Shown here: positions 49,897-60,773 of the stretch, in pieces
How positions within the stretch are numbered: the first letter of the stretch is position 1
How the letters are laid out: every line of letters starts with the position of its first letter
NCBI GenBank assembly: GCA_963734495.1
Contig: CAVTHK010000001.1
Span: 576,001 to 640,000 of the forward strand
Reading direction: 5' to 3'
From: an uncultured Spirochaetota bacterium
Lineage (GTDB): Bacteria > Spirochaetota > Spirochaetia > SZUA-6 > CAVTHK01
Length of the DNA stretch: 64,000 bases
Notes under the pieces: generated by a model
The model's database searches: none
Seen by the model: the letters and a program-made list of their open reading frames with translations, nothing else
What the model was told of the DNA's origin: nothing
Position numbers and translations under genes: made by a program

Positions 49897-51741
49897 TCAC
49901 TCCCATTTCTGCGACGCTCGGCCGTCCTCAGAACAGAACGGGCGCGGGACGGATCGGCCCGCCAGGAAGATCCTGCACCACCCCTCGAAAAACATCAGGC
50001 TCCAGATGATCAGCCTCTCGTCGCTGCCTTCGTCGTGGCGGCGCAGGGTTTCCTCGACGTAGGGTCGGTTGACGTATTCGCCCATGCAGGATTTGGGTCC
50101 GAGCAGGAGATCGCGGATATACTCCCGCAGCTCGCGACGGTACCAAGTCTTGTCCGGAGGAGTGAATCCCTGCTTCCTCTTGTGGATGATCTCCTGCGGA
50201 AGCAGCGGCTCAAAAGCGCGCTTGAGCATGTACTTCGATATCTTGTTCCTGTACTTCAGAGCATCCGGCATGAGGAGGGTCATCTCGACCATCTCGTTGT
50301 CGAGGTAAGGGACCCTCGTCTCGAGGGAGAACGCCATCGACATCTTGTCCTCGACCATCAGCATCCCATGAAGGAACGTCTTGACTTCGAAGTACAGGGC
50401 TTTGTTGATCGGCGACAGGCCCTCCGCGCCGCGAATGAGAGACTCATACGCCTTTCTGGGCGTCTTCGGGTCCATCTCCCGCAGCATCCTCTCGGAGAAG
50501 AGCCTGTGCCTGTCGCCGTCCTTTACCAGACGACTCCAGTAGTCGTAGTAAGCGGCATCGAACTCACGCGGATCGTGCTTGTCCTCGATGATCGCGTAGC
50601 GCCACGGGTAGCCCGCGTAGGTCTCATCGCCGCCGCTTCCGGACAGGTTCACCTTGAGCTCGCTGGCGACGAGCTGCGCGAGGGTATAGAACGTGTAGCA
50701 CATGCCGACCTTGGGGTCTTCGAGGTGCCACACGATCATGGGAAGGGTGTCGATCACATCCTGCGGCGAGATCAGCCGCTCGTGGTGCTTCGTGCCGAAC
50801 ATCTGCGCTATGATGCGGGCGTCGTCCTTTTCGCTGACGCATCTGTCGGTCGGCTCGATGCCGTCGGTGTCGAAATATCCCGTGAACGTCTGAAGGTCCC
50901 GGAAATGCGTGGTCGTGATCGCGGTGATGGCAGAGGAGTCCATGCCGCCGCTGATGGTCGCCCCGATCTCGACATCGCTGATCAGGTGCCGGCCCATCGC
51001 GGCACGGAAGCGCTCGAGGATCATCGACGAGAACTGATCCTCGCTCAGATCCTGCGGCTCATACCTGAGGTCCCAGTAACGGCTCGTGCTCATTCTCCGC
51101 TCTCGGAGATCGAGCTCGAGATTGAAGCCGGCAGGCAGCATCTTGATCCCGGCGAACAGGGTCCGGTCGGAGATGATGTTCTGAAAGGTGAAGTACTCGT
51201 TCAGCCCCTCGGGGTCCACCGCCGCCCGTATGACCTGCGAAGCCAGGATCGCCTTGATCTCGGAGGCCATCACCAGGCGCGCGCCGTCCCAGTAGTAGTA
51301 GAAGGGTTTCACGCCCATCCGATCGCGCGACGCGAAGATCAGGTGCCGGCGGGTGTCGCAGATCACAAACGCCCACATCCCGTTGAACAGCGAGGCGCAC
51401 TGCTCGCCCCACTCCTCGTAGGCGTGCAGGACAACCTCGGTGTCTGTCTGCGACCGGAACTTGTGGCCCTTCGCGAGCAGCTGTGTCCGCAGGTCACGGA
51501 AGTTGTAGACTTCGCCGTTGTAGGAGATGACGAGCGACCCGTCCTCGTTTGCCATGGGCTGGTGACCCAGCGGAGACAGGTCGATGATCGAAAGCCTTCG
51601 GTGGCCGAGAGCGACCTGGTGCCCGGGCCAGATCCAGGACCCGCCATCGTCGGGTCCTCTGTGATGGACGGCGTCGCACATTCGGTCCACGGAGCCCTGG
51701 AGGTCGGGGACCTCCCCGATGAGCGCTACGAAGCCACACAC
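49897..51741 (-). CDS. AsnB-like glutamine amidotransferase (second copy)
   Basis: GTG then CGFV, HRGPD, GHRRLSIIDL, ISGGMDSS, GSGGDETYAGY, SLETRVPYLD. Confidence 0.9.
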   Translation of the reverse strand: MCGFVALIGEVPDLQGSVDRMCDAVHHRGPDDGGSWIWPGHQVALGHRRLSIIDLSPLGHQPMANEDGSLVISYNGEVYNFRDLRTQLLAKGHKFRSQTDTEVVLHAYEEWGEQCASLFNGMWAFVICDTRRHLIFASRDRMGVKPFYYYWDGARLVMASEIKAILASQVIRAAVDPEGLNEYFTFQNIISDRTLFAGIKMLPAGFNLELDLRERRMSTSRYWDLRYEPQDLSEDQFSSMILERFRAAMGRHLISDVEIGATISGGMDSSAITAITTTHFRDLQTFTGYFDTDGIEPTDRCVSEKDDARIIAQMFGTKHHERLISPQDVIDTLPMIVWHLEDPKVGMCYTFYTLAQLVASELKVNLSGSGGDETYAGYPWRYAIIEDKHDPREFDAAYYDYWSRLVKDGDRHRLFSERMLREMDPKTPRKAYESLIRGAEGLSPINKALYFEVKTFLHGMLMVEDKMSMAFSLETRVPYLDNEMVEMTLLMPDALKYRNKISKYMLKRAFEPLLPQEIIHKRKQGFTPPDKTWYRRELREYIRDLLLGPKSCMGEYVNRPYVEETLRRHDEGSDERLIIWSLMFFEGWCRIFLAGRSVPRPFCSEDGRASQKWE

Positions 51742-52736
51742 TGGTCTTCCGCCCTCGCCCTGCTCAGGTAGCTGACGAACTCGTCCAGCGTCTTCTGCAT
51801 GGTCCCCCAGAAGTCGGTCTCGAACACCGCGGACAGCTCGTCGCGGATCTTCTTGTTCGACACGTCGAAGTACATGATGTCTCCGATGAGTGGATCGCCG
51901 TGCCGGACCTTGTTGCTCGAGCCGGCAAGCCGGAGCAGGCCCGACGCGAGGTCGTTGATGGTTATCTTGATCCCCGACGCTGCGTTGTAGGCCTGTCCGC
52001 TCGCGGCAGGGATGACGGCCGCCCTCAGGTTCGCGTTCACCAGGTCCTTCACCCACGTGAAGGACCTCATCTGCGTGCCGTCGCCGAATACCGTGAGGTC
52101 GCTGCCTTCCTGGATCTTGCGGAGGAATATGGAGACGACCCCGCCGAACTCGTTCGATTCCTGCCGCGGACCGTAGACGTGGAAATAGCGCAGGATCGTC
52201 GTGTCCAGCCCGTAGAGGCGGTGAAACACGTCCACATAGCGCTCGCCCGCGAGCTTCGAGACGCCATAGTACGAAACCGGGCGGAGCGGATGGTCCTCGG
52301 TGGTCGGGAAGATCGTCGGCTCGCCATACACGGAGCCGGTCGAGGCATGCACGAACTTGCGAACCCTGTGCTTGAGGGCGAGTTGCAGCAGCCCGAGCGT
52401 GCCGCCGGCGTTGACCGCAAGGTCCTTCTGCGGATCCAGGAGACAGATGTTCTTCTTGGACGCGGCGTTGTGGAAGACCGTGTCGGTGTCGCTGATCAGG
52501 TCGTTCATCGCGTCGCCGTCGCAGACGTCGCACCGGACCTCGTGGAAGTTGCGCGAGTCCAGGAGGTGCTCGATGTTCCGTTTCTTTCCCGCCGAGTAGT
52601 TGTCGACGCTGTACACCTCGGCGCCCAACCTCACCAGCTCCTCGCAGAGATGGGACCCGATAAAGCCGGCCCCGCCGGTCACGACGACTTTGGCCCCGCG
52701 AAGCCGGTCAAGCTGCTCACCCAGAGCGGTCACCAT
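51726..52736 (-). CDS. NAD-dependent epimerase/dehydratase (SDR)
   Basis: VTGGAGFIGSHL, STGSVYG, YGVSK, LRYFHVYGPRQ. Confidence 0.9.
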   Translation of the reverse strand: MVTALGEQLDRLRGAKVVVTGGAGFIGSHLCEELVRLGAEVYSVDNYSAGKKRNIEHLLDSRNFHEVRCDVCDGDAMNDLISDTDTVFHNAASKKNICLLDPQKDLAVNAGGTLGLLQLALKHRVRKFVHASTGSVYGEPTIFPTTEDHPLRPVSYYGVSKLAGERYVDVFHRLYGLDTTILRYFHVYGPRQESNEFGGVVSIFLRKIQEGSDLTVFGDGTQMRSFTWVKDLVNANLRAAVIPAASGQAYNAASGIKITINDLASGLLRLAGSSNKVRHGDPLIGDIMYFDVSNKKIRDELSAVFETDFWGTMQKTLDEFVSYLSRARAEDQCVAS

Positions 52737-54026
52737 TCAACACCTCCCGCTGCTGCCCGCGCGCGGAGCGTTCGCCACTCCAGACGCGGCCTGATCACTC
52801 CGACATACCCTCCGCCATAGTCCCCACGTAGTTTTCCGTCGTCAGCGCCCTCGAACGACAGTACGCGATGGAGAACGAAGGACTCGTTGGCAGTCCAGGA
52901 ACCGACAACGAACCCGAGAGAGACAGAGTACCTCATGTCACTGAGGAAATCACCTGGGATCGAGCACGTGGTCAGATAGTTCCCTGGGCTCAGCGCAACC
53001 CCGTAGAAGTCGGGTTCCGATGTTGCTCAGTGAGGAAAAAATGTTGCTGTCTTCGGGGTCGTGCAACACCATCGACAGCGCTAGGCGCTGGCCCTCGGAC
53101 AGAATCGTATATTCGATCTCGACGATAGCTCCCTCCGATATCAACACCTGCGTCGTGGGTTGGCCCTCACGGTCCTTCACGGAAACCCGGTCGACTCGGA
53201 CACACCAATTGCCGGGCCTGTCCTCTCCGCTCCAGATGCGACACCCGACGAAGTCCGCGTCGCCGGTATACTCCGCTATGGCCTGATGTGTCGGCCCGAT
53301 CATCCTCAGCGTCCCGCTTTCCAGCAGGAGGCACCGGTCGCACAGACGGCGGACCGCGGCCATGTTGTGGCTGACGAAGATCACCGTCCGCCCATGCTGC
53401 CCCACGTCCTCCATCTTGCCCATACACTTCTTCTGGAAGCGGACGTCCCCCACGGCCAGCACCTCATCGACAATGAGAATGTCCGGGTCCATATGGGCCA
53501 AGACGGCAAATCCCAGTCGGACATACATCCCGCTGGAATAATGTTTCACCGGCGTGTCGATAAACTGCTCCACTTCGGCGAACGCCACGATTTCGTCAAA
53601 CTTCCGGGCTATTTCCTGGCGCTTCATGCCGAGAATCGCCCCGCTCATATAGACGTTATCGCGGCCGGTCAGCTCCGGATGGAAGCCCGTGCCCACTTCC
53701 AACAGGCCGCAGAAGCGCCCGTTGATCACCGCGCGGCCCTTCGTGGGCTCCGTCACCCGAGAGAGGATCTTGAGGAGCGTCGACTTCCCGGCGCCGTTTC
53801 TCCCTATGATCCCGAGTCGCTCCCCTTGCTCGACCTCGAAGCTGACGTCCTTGAGGGCCCAGAACGTTTCGCTCGTCCGCGAGCGCGCACCTCTGCCGAG
53901 GATGCGCCTTCCGAGCCTTTTGACTCCGCCGGCAATCGCCTCGCGGAGAGAATCGTAGCGGGCGTTGTGGGCATGCCTGATGCGGTAGCTCTTGCCCAGC
54001 CGCTCGGCATTCAACGCGAGGGCCAC
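52730..54026 (-). CDS. wzt: Polysaccharide ABC transporter ATPase with C-terminal domain (frameshift ~52940-53000)
   Basis: FWALKDVSF, GRNGAGKSTLL, YSSGMYVRLGFA, DEVLAVGD, VSH; C-terminal beta domain ending GVIRPRLEW. Confidence 0.92.
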
Positions 54027-54078
54027 TTTTGCCTCCCAACACACTGTCACAGGTTCTGGCGGGACGCTGCCCCGTCGA

Positions 54079-54924
54079 TCAGATGACGTCCGCGAATTGG
54101 CGCTCGGTCCGACGGAAGTAGCTTATGCCCGCCACGTTCGCCAAAGTGCACACTGCAATCGAGCAAACGAGGCCCGGAATGTAGAGAGACGCGGTCCCCA
54201 GGAGCGCCCATCTGAACCCGTCGATGACTCCCACGGCGGGGTTGAGTGAATACAGGAACCGCCACTGCTGCGGCACCACGGCGCTCGAGAATCCCACGGG
54301 GGAAATGAACAGGCCGGCTCGAAGGAGAAAGGGCACGACGTAACGGAAGTCCCGGTACTTGACGTTCAGGGCCGATATGAGGAACCCCAGGCCGCTGGCC
54401 GTAAGCGCGGCCAGCGCCAGAAACAGAGGCACGGCGAGAAAGCGCGGCGTGAGCGCGACTCGATAGAACGCCATCAGCGCCACGTATACGGCAAGCCCCA
54501 CCGCGAAATCCACGAGCGCGACGATGGTCCGGCTCAGCGGCATGATGATCCGCGGAAAGTAGACCTTCGAGATGAGGCTCGAGTTTCCCACAAGGCTGTT
54601 GCTTGCGTCCGCGAGCGATTCCGACAGGAACGTCCAGGGCAGCATGGCAGCGTAGACGAGCAGGGGGTAAGGGTACCCATCCGAGGGGAGCTTGGCGAAC
54701 CTGCCGAAGACCACGGAGAATACGACCATGGTGAGCAGAGGCTGCATCACCGCCCACGCCACGCCAAAGAAGGTCTGCTTGTAGCGCAACAGAATGTCGC
54801 GCCATGCAAGAAACCCCAGCAGCTCCCGCTGCTTCCAGACGTCCCGCCAGTAGTTGCGCTCGCCGCGACCTGCCTGGATGACGAGGTCCCAGGTGGACTC
54901 GTTGCCGCGCGTGATGTCAGCCAA
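54079..54924 (-). CDS. wzm: Polysaccharide ABC transporter permease
   Basis: RDILLRYKQTFFGVAWA, LISKVYFPR, LNVKYRDF, LNPAVGVIDGFR. Confidence 0.95.
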   Translation of the reverse strand: MADITRGNESTWDLVIQAGRGERNYWRDVWKQRELLGFLAWRDILLRYKQTFFGVAWAVMQPLLTMVVFSVVFGRFAKLPSDGYPYPLLVYAAMLPWTFLSESLADASNSLVGNSSLISKVYFPRIIMPLSRTIVALVDFAVGLAVYVALMAFYRVALTPRFLAVPLFLALAALTASGLGFLISALNVKYRDFRYVVPFLLRAGLFISPVGFSSAVVPQQWRFLYSLNPAVGVIDGFRWALLGTASLYIPGLVCSIAVCTLANVAGISYFRRTERQFADVI

Positions 54925-54992
54925 CTCTCACTCCCTGCTCACCTGATCCCGGCGCGGCGGGTCTCATCGGGCTGCAGCCGCCGCGCGATTCT

Positions 54993-55939
54993 CTAGCGCC
55001 TCTGAAACCAGTACGGCGGCCGGGCTCGAGGCAGAAGCCATCGGGTCCGGTAGCCGTCCACGTCGCCCTTGAGAGCCCGTATGAACAGCTCGGTGTGATC
55101 GACCGTCCTCGTCACGTCCACAAAACCCTGGGCCTCGATTGCCTTCTTCACGTAGTCGTATTCCAGGCGACGATTGACCAGCGGCGCGTAGATGTCATGC
55201 TGGTTGTGAAGTGCGGTCACGTCTCCCCCGCGCCTTTTCCAGCAGGAATGCCCTTCGGGCGTCGTCGGACATCAGGGAGTTGTAGTAGACGCGCTCCCGG
55301 AACAGCTTCAAATCGTCTTCGAACGGCACGCTGTCGCGTCCGTAAAGGTAGGTGTAGAAGATGCCGTCGGGCTTCACAGCCCGAGCAGGGTGCGAAGCGA
55401 GCCGGTAAAGCTCGTCGTGTGATGAAGCACGCCCCACGAGAACACCAGATCGAACTGCTCACCGCCGATCATCGGCCCGAGATCTTCAAGCCGCGACACG
55501 ACGAAACGCTTTCGAACCCGGAAACCCTCCAGGGCACGCCGCGTCTCTTCGACTGCGACTTCGTTCACGTCGACAGCCGTGATGTCGGCTCCGAGCCTGG
55601 CCAGCCCATAGCTCCATCGACCGTTGCCGCATCCAGCGTCAAGCACGCTCTTGCCTGCGAACCACTCAGGCTTGATCTGTATCTCCTGCTCGGCGATGAT
55701 CCGATCCACGTTCTCGCGAAACCAGGGGTCCGAGAGCAGGAAATGCCCTCCTTGAGTGAAGTCCACTGGTGCCGGAAGCTCGCCTGCGTGCTCTCTGCCG
55801 CCAGGATCATGGCATGGTCGAGATCATGGACCGCCTGGTAGAGAAGCCGGTAGATAGCGTCAACGTCTCGCGTCGTGGATGCATGTCTGCGGCGCCGCAG
55901 GGCCCGCACGACTCGGCCGAGAAGGCTGCGGAGATTCAT
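54993..55939 (-). CDS. Class I SAM methyltransferase, paralog of 48936-49892 (several frameshifts)
   Basis: ASFRHQW, PEWFAGKSVLDAGCGNGRWS, FDLVFSWGVLHHT. Confidence 0.8.
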
Positions 55940-55956
55940 CGCGCAGCCCTTGATGC

Positions 55957-56687
55957 TCAAAGCCTTCGTTCCTTTCTCTCGCGAGTCAGGCTGCGCGCCC
56001 GCGCCATGTGATTCGCGTCGTCGATCTCGGCCCAGCTGCAGGTCGGCGACGCGGCGGCAATAGACGGGCCTGCGTTTGGACGCGGCGACCAGGCCGCCGA
56101 CCTCGTACTCGCCTTCAGGCGGAAGAGCGCGCAGCAGCGCGGCCAGCGCAGGCGACACCCGCGTGATGCCGACCAGCTCGCCCGCCACCCCCGCGCCCAG
56201 CACGCCGCGGTCCTTGCTCATCGCCACCAGCCGCGCGTCGCCGTCGGTCTCCACCCACACCTCGTCGCCCGAGGCGGTCGGCCCCGACAACAGCACGACA
56301 TCCTCGTGCGGGTCGGCCAGCACCTCGTCGAGCGCGCGCGGCTCGTAGACCAGGTCCGACTCCAGGATCAGCAGCGGGCCGGCCGCGGCCGCCCGCTCGA
56401 GCCCCACCTGCAGCGAATAGAAGCTGCCCAGCTCCGCGAACTTCGGGTTGTGCACGGTCTCCACGAGCCCGGCGCGACGCGCGGCCAGCTCGCCGGTAGA
56501 AGTGCGCCAGGTGCCCGGTCACGATCACGACGCGCCCGACCCCGACCGCGACAAGCTTGTCGAGCGACTCCTCGATGATGGGCCGGTCGCCGAGCTTGAG
56601 GAACCCCTTGGGGATCTCGCTGCCCAGCTTGCCCAACCGCGTCCCGCGACCGGCCGCGAGGATGACCGCAGTCGTGACGTCGTTCAC
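55957..56687 (-). CDS. Phosphonate/phosphocholine cytidylyltransferase (PntC/LicC-like; frameshifts ~56495 and ~56035)
   Basis: AVILAAGRGTRL, PKGFL, HNPKF..GSFYSL, LESDLVY, GELVGI, WAEIDD. Confidence 0.82.
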
Positions 56688-57824
56688 CTGGCGAACCGCT
56701 TGCGGAACACGCCGATGAGCCGCTTGAGATCCCCGTCGCCGATGGCACCCATGTTGGCGATGCGGAAGATGGAGTGGTAGAGCCCGGCCTGGCCCGCGTA
56801 GATCACGAAGCCCGCCTTCTTCAGCAGGTCGTGGAGCTCCTGGTAGGTCGCCCCCTGGGGAAGGGTGAAGGAAGAGATCACCGCGCCATAGGCGTCCTCG
56901 GGGAGGAAGCGCCTGATCCCGATGGCGTCGAGCTCGGCGCGTATCGTCTCCGACAGGCGCCGGTAGCGCTCGTGGCGCGTCCGCCAGCCGCCGCCCGCCT
57001 CCAGCTCCGCCAGCGCCTCCTGCATCGCCACGCACACGTGCGTCGCCTGCGTGAACGGCGAGAAGCCGCTCTTCTGCTCCTTGTAGTAGCGGTAGAGGTC
57101 CAGGTAGACCGAGGTGGCGCCGGTCCTGCCGGTCTCCAGCAGCTCGCGCCGCGCCATGACGAAGCAGATGCCGGGCGCGCCGTGGATGCACTTGTTCGCC
57201 ACGGCGCAGAGCGCGTCGAGGTTCCAGTCGGCGAAGCGGATGTCCTCGCCCGCGAAGCTGCTCACCGTGTCGAGAAGGAGTCGCCGCCCGTGTTTCTTCA
57301 GCACGCGGGCAAGGGCGGGCACGTCGTTGAGCCTGCCGGTGGTCGTTTCGTTGTGCACCGCGAGCACGTGCGTGATCGACGGGTCCGCGGCGAGCCGCGC
57401 ATCGGCCTCGGCCACCTTGATCGGCTCGGGCCACTCGGAGCGCACGAGCACGAGCTGCTTGCCCTGAGCCTCGATCATCGCGGCCATGCGCTCGCCGTAG
57501 ATGCCGTTGGCCATCACCAGCACCTTGCCGCCGCGCGGCACGAAACTGGAGATCATCGCCTCGACGGCGCAGGTGCCCGAGCCGGTCATGAGGATCGCCT
57601 CGTAGTCGCGCTCCGACTCCTCGTACACGCGCACGAGCCACCGCCTGATGTCGAGGACGAGCTCGGCGAACTCCGGCTCGCGGTGGCAGAGGTCCTCCTT
57701 GAGCAGCGACTTCCGCACCCGCTCGGTCAGCGTGACCGGCCCCGGATTCAGGAGGATGGTGCGCGCGGGCGGCCTTGGCGCGCGCGGCCACCTTGCGGAC
57801 CGGGCGGCGGGCGACCTTCTTCAT
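56684..57824 (-). CDS. aepZ: 2-aminoethylphosphonate aminotransferase (frameshift in first ~20 codons)
   Basis: ILLNPGPVT, DLCHRE, GSGT.AVEA, NGIYGERM, VHNETTTG, DTVSSF, ANKCIHG. Confidence 0.88.
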
Positions 57825-57825
57825 T

Positions 57826-58971
57826 TTACTTTCCCTCCTTGACGCAGGCGCGAAAGCGGGCAGCCACCTCGGGCGGCGTGATCGTCGGCCTGGGCAGGTC
57901 TTCGGGCGCGCCCGGAACAATCTTTACATGAAGAAGGCTCAACGCCGGCGCCCCGTCGCGCGCGAGGAACGAGGCGACCTCGTCGGGCGTCGTCGCGCGT
58001 GCGGTCACGGGGTAGCCGCAGGCTGCGGCGATGGCGCAGAAGTCCACGGAGTGCGACACCGTCGACTGGCCGCCCGTGGACTCGTGCATCTGGTTGTCGA
58101 GCAGCACGTGGACGAGGTTCGGCGGCCGCTCGTAGCCGACGGTCGTGAGCCCGCCCATGCGCATGAGCACCGCCCCGTCGCCGTCGAGCACGATGATCCG
58201 GCGCTTCGGCCGCGCAAGCGCGAGGCCGAGCCCCAGGCTCATCGCGCACCCCAGCGAGCCGACCATGTAGAGCTGCTCGCGGCGGTCGTCGAGGGAGTAG
58301 AGCTCGCGGCCGGCAAAGCCGGTCGAGGCGATCACGAGGTCGCCGGGCCGCAGGCTCGCCTGCACCGCGCGCAGGATCTCGGCGCGGGGGACGCGGGCCG
58401 GGAGGGCGCCCTGGGGGGCCGGCGGGGAGGCGAGGGGGCGGGCCTCCGGCCTGCTCTTGAGCTTCCAGTCGGCGACGGAGCCCTTCTTCATCACCAGGGC
58501 GTAAGGGAGACCTTTGCTCTCCATGTGAGCTATGGCGCGGTCGAGCGCGGGCTCGACGTCGGCGTCCTTCTGCGGAAAGTACTCCCAGGGGATCTCCATC
58601 ACCTCGAGCATGCGCGTCGTGATGGGCCCCATGAGCGCGTGCTGCGGCTCGTCATGCGGGCCTCCGGGCTCGCCCCGCAGCGTCGTGATCACGAGGATCG
58701 GGATGCGGAAGATCGCGTTCAGCGAGGTGAGGGGGTTGACCGCGTTGCCGAGCCCCGAGTTCTGGAACATGGCGATGGCGCGCACGCCGCCCAGGTCGGA
58801 GCCGGAGGCGATGGCCACGGCGTCGCCTTCGTTGGCCGCCGCGACGTAGCGCAGGTCGGGCGAGTCGATGACGTAGTTGATGAAGGGCTTGAGGTAGGAG
58901 CAGGGCACGCCCGACCAGAGACCGAACCCTCTGCGTTTCGCGCCCTCGGCAAAGATCTGCGCTGAGATCAC
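57826..58971 (-). CDS. ppd: Phosphonopyruvate decarboxylase
   Basis: [53 protein letters not shown]. Confidence 0.95.
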   Translation of the reverse strand: MISAQIFAEGAKRRGFGLWSGVPCSYLKPFINYVIDSPDLRYVAAANEGDAVAIASGSDLGGVRAIAMFQNSGLGNAVNPLTSLNAIFRIPILVITTLRGEPGGPHDEPQHALMGPITTRMLEVMEIPWEYFPQKDADVEPALDRAIAHMESKGLPYALVMKKGSVADWKLKSRPEARPLASPPAPQGALPARVPRAEILRAVQASLRPGDLVIASTGFAGRELYSLDDRREQLYMVGSLGCAMSLGLGLALARPKRRIIVLDGDGAVLMRMGGLTTVGYERPPNLVHVLLDNQMHESTGGQSTVSHSVDFCAIAAACGYPVTARATTPDEVASFLARDGAPALSLLHVKIVPGAPEDLPRPTITPPEVAARFRACVKEGK

Positions 58972-60589
58972 TGGAACCTCCCGGCGAGCACCAGGTCATC
59001 CAGGCTGTCGATGTCCAGCCAGTTGCCCGTCGTGTAGAGGACCCGCACGCGTTGTCCGCTCGCGAGCAGCGCGTTGACCAGCTCGGGGATCTTGGAGGCG
59101 CGACCGCCGGCGCGCGGCCAGGAGGTCGGCGACGGCCTTGCGCAGAGTGGCGCAGCGAGCCCCGGGCCACTTTGAGGAACCCCATCCACTCGCCGTGGAC
59201 GCTTGCCTTCGACGCGCTCGTGGACCATGCGGGTGAGGTAGACCTTCTGCGCCGAAGACCTCGCGGGAGTAGGGCAGGGTGCACTGCGCGTAGTCCGACG
59301 TCGCGGCCGCGGTTCACGCTCTCCTGCCACGCCGTGTCGACCGCGATGGTAAAGGCCTCGTCGCTCTCGGAGAGCATCTCGAGGATGTACTTCTTGAAGA
59401 GCACGTCCCCGTAGGAGACGATCGTGTCCTTGTCGCCGGGGAGCGCCTCGAGCGCCTTGGCGAGCGAGGCGACCTCGCCCGTGCTCTCGAAGTCGGGGTT
59501 GTCGGCGTAGCGAACGCCGGGGAGGTCGACCGCCTCCTTGCAGTAGCCGCGCACCACGGTGACGTCCTTGATGCCGACCGCGTTGTACCCGTCGACGATG
59601 CGCGAGAGAAGCGGCTGTCCCGCGATCTCGACCATCGCCTTGGGCCTCGTCAGCGTGAGGTCGCCCAGCTCCTTGCCCCTGGCGGCCGCGAGCACGATGG
59701 CCTGGTTCTCGGCGCCGCGCTGCGGGAGGTAGAGCTTCTCCGCCTCCTCGAGCTCCTTTTCGCCCTGCAGCCGGAACACCTCGGCGACCGGGGCGATCGA
59801 GTCCTCGACCGACATCAGCCCCTCCGCTTCGGCAATGGCCCGGGCCGTCCGCTGCATTCCCGCGATGGCGGCCCGCACGACGTGGTTGGCCCAGATCGCG
59901 ATGGCAAAGCCGTACCGGCGGAAGACGTCGGTCGGTGTCGAGTAGTACTTGGTGGGCACGATCACCACGGGCAGGCGGTCGCCCCATTCCTTCTTGAACG
60001 CGAGCACCTCGTCCGGGACGGAGAGCGCGCTGTGAATGAGGATGCCGTCCGCGCCGGCGAGACGGTAGGCTTCGGCGCGGCGCAGCGCCTCCGCGAGGCC
60101 CCAGCCCGCGATGAAGGCCTCGACGCGGGCGATGATGCAGAAGTCCTCGTCGCCCTGGGCGTCCTTGCCGGCCTTGATCTTGCCCGCGAACTCGTCCATG
60201 TCCGCCAGCGGCTGCGCGGTGCCGCGGATAAAGCTGTTGGTCTTCGGGAAGAGCTTGTCCTCGATGCAGACGGCCGCCACACCGCGCTGCTCGAGCTTGC
60301 GCACGAGGCGCCTCATGTTGTTGAAGTTGCCGTACCCGGTGTCCCCGTCTAGAAGGATAGGGACGGTGGTGGCATCGGCCATGAACTCGATGACGTCGAG
60401 GACCTGGGTCCAGCTCGCCTCGTTGCTGTCGCGCACGCCGAGCTGTGCCGAGATCGAGAGGCCGCTCCCCCAGATCCCCTTGAAACCGGCCTCCTCGACG
60501 ATCCGCGCGGAGAGGCCATTGTGGGCCTCGCAGAGGAACTCGAGGCGGGGGGAGGTGAGGAGCTTCTTGAACTGCTTCGTCTTTTTCAT
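58968..60589 (-). CDS. pepM: Phosphoenolpyruvate mutase with C-terminal nucleotidyltransferase domain (frameshifts 59100-59300)
   Basis: [22 protein letters not shown], diagnostic [10 protein letters not shown]; second domain [30 protein letters not shown]. Confidence 0.95.
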
Positions 60590-60773
60590 AGGCTTTTCGT
60601 GGGCATCGATCGTTTGCCTGTCGGCCCGGTCGCCGGCGCCGTTCGGCTGAGCGAGGGCGTCCCGCGGTCCGGGCAAGCGCGCCCGGCGGCGGGCGGCCTG
60701 CGCCCGTCGCGGGTGCGTGCAGTGATGGCCTCGCAGCGTTTGCGGACGTCGCCGAAACAGATCGTCCCGTTCG

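Noticed and set aside
43712-51741. Housekeeping asparagine synthetases
   Set aside because: Two copies embedded among glycosyltransferases point to glycan amidation instead.
7484-51771. Long antisense or alternative-frame ORFs (e.g. 7484-9571, 33008-35413, 38489-41053, 50035-51771)
   Set aside because: Shadow ORFs typical of high-GC DNA; they overlap well-supported genes and carry no recognisable motifs.
60590-60773. Riboswitch or ops/JUMPstart element upstream of pepM
   Set aside because: Only a short GC hairpin (CCGGGC-N6-GCCCGG); no GGCGGTAG ops site or aptamer consensus seen.
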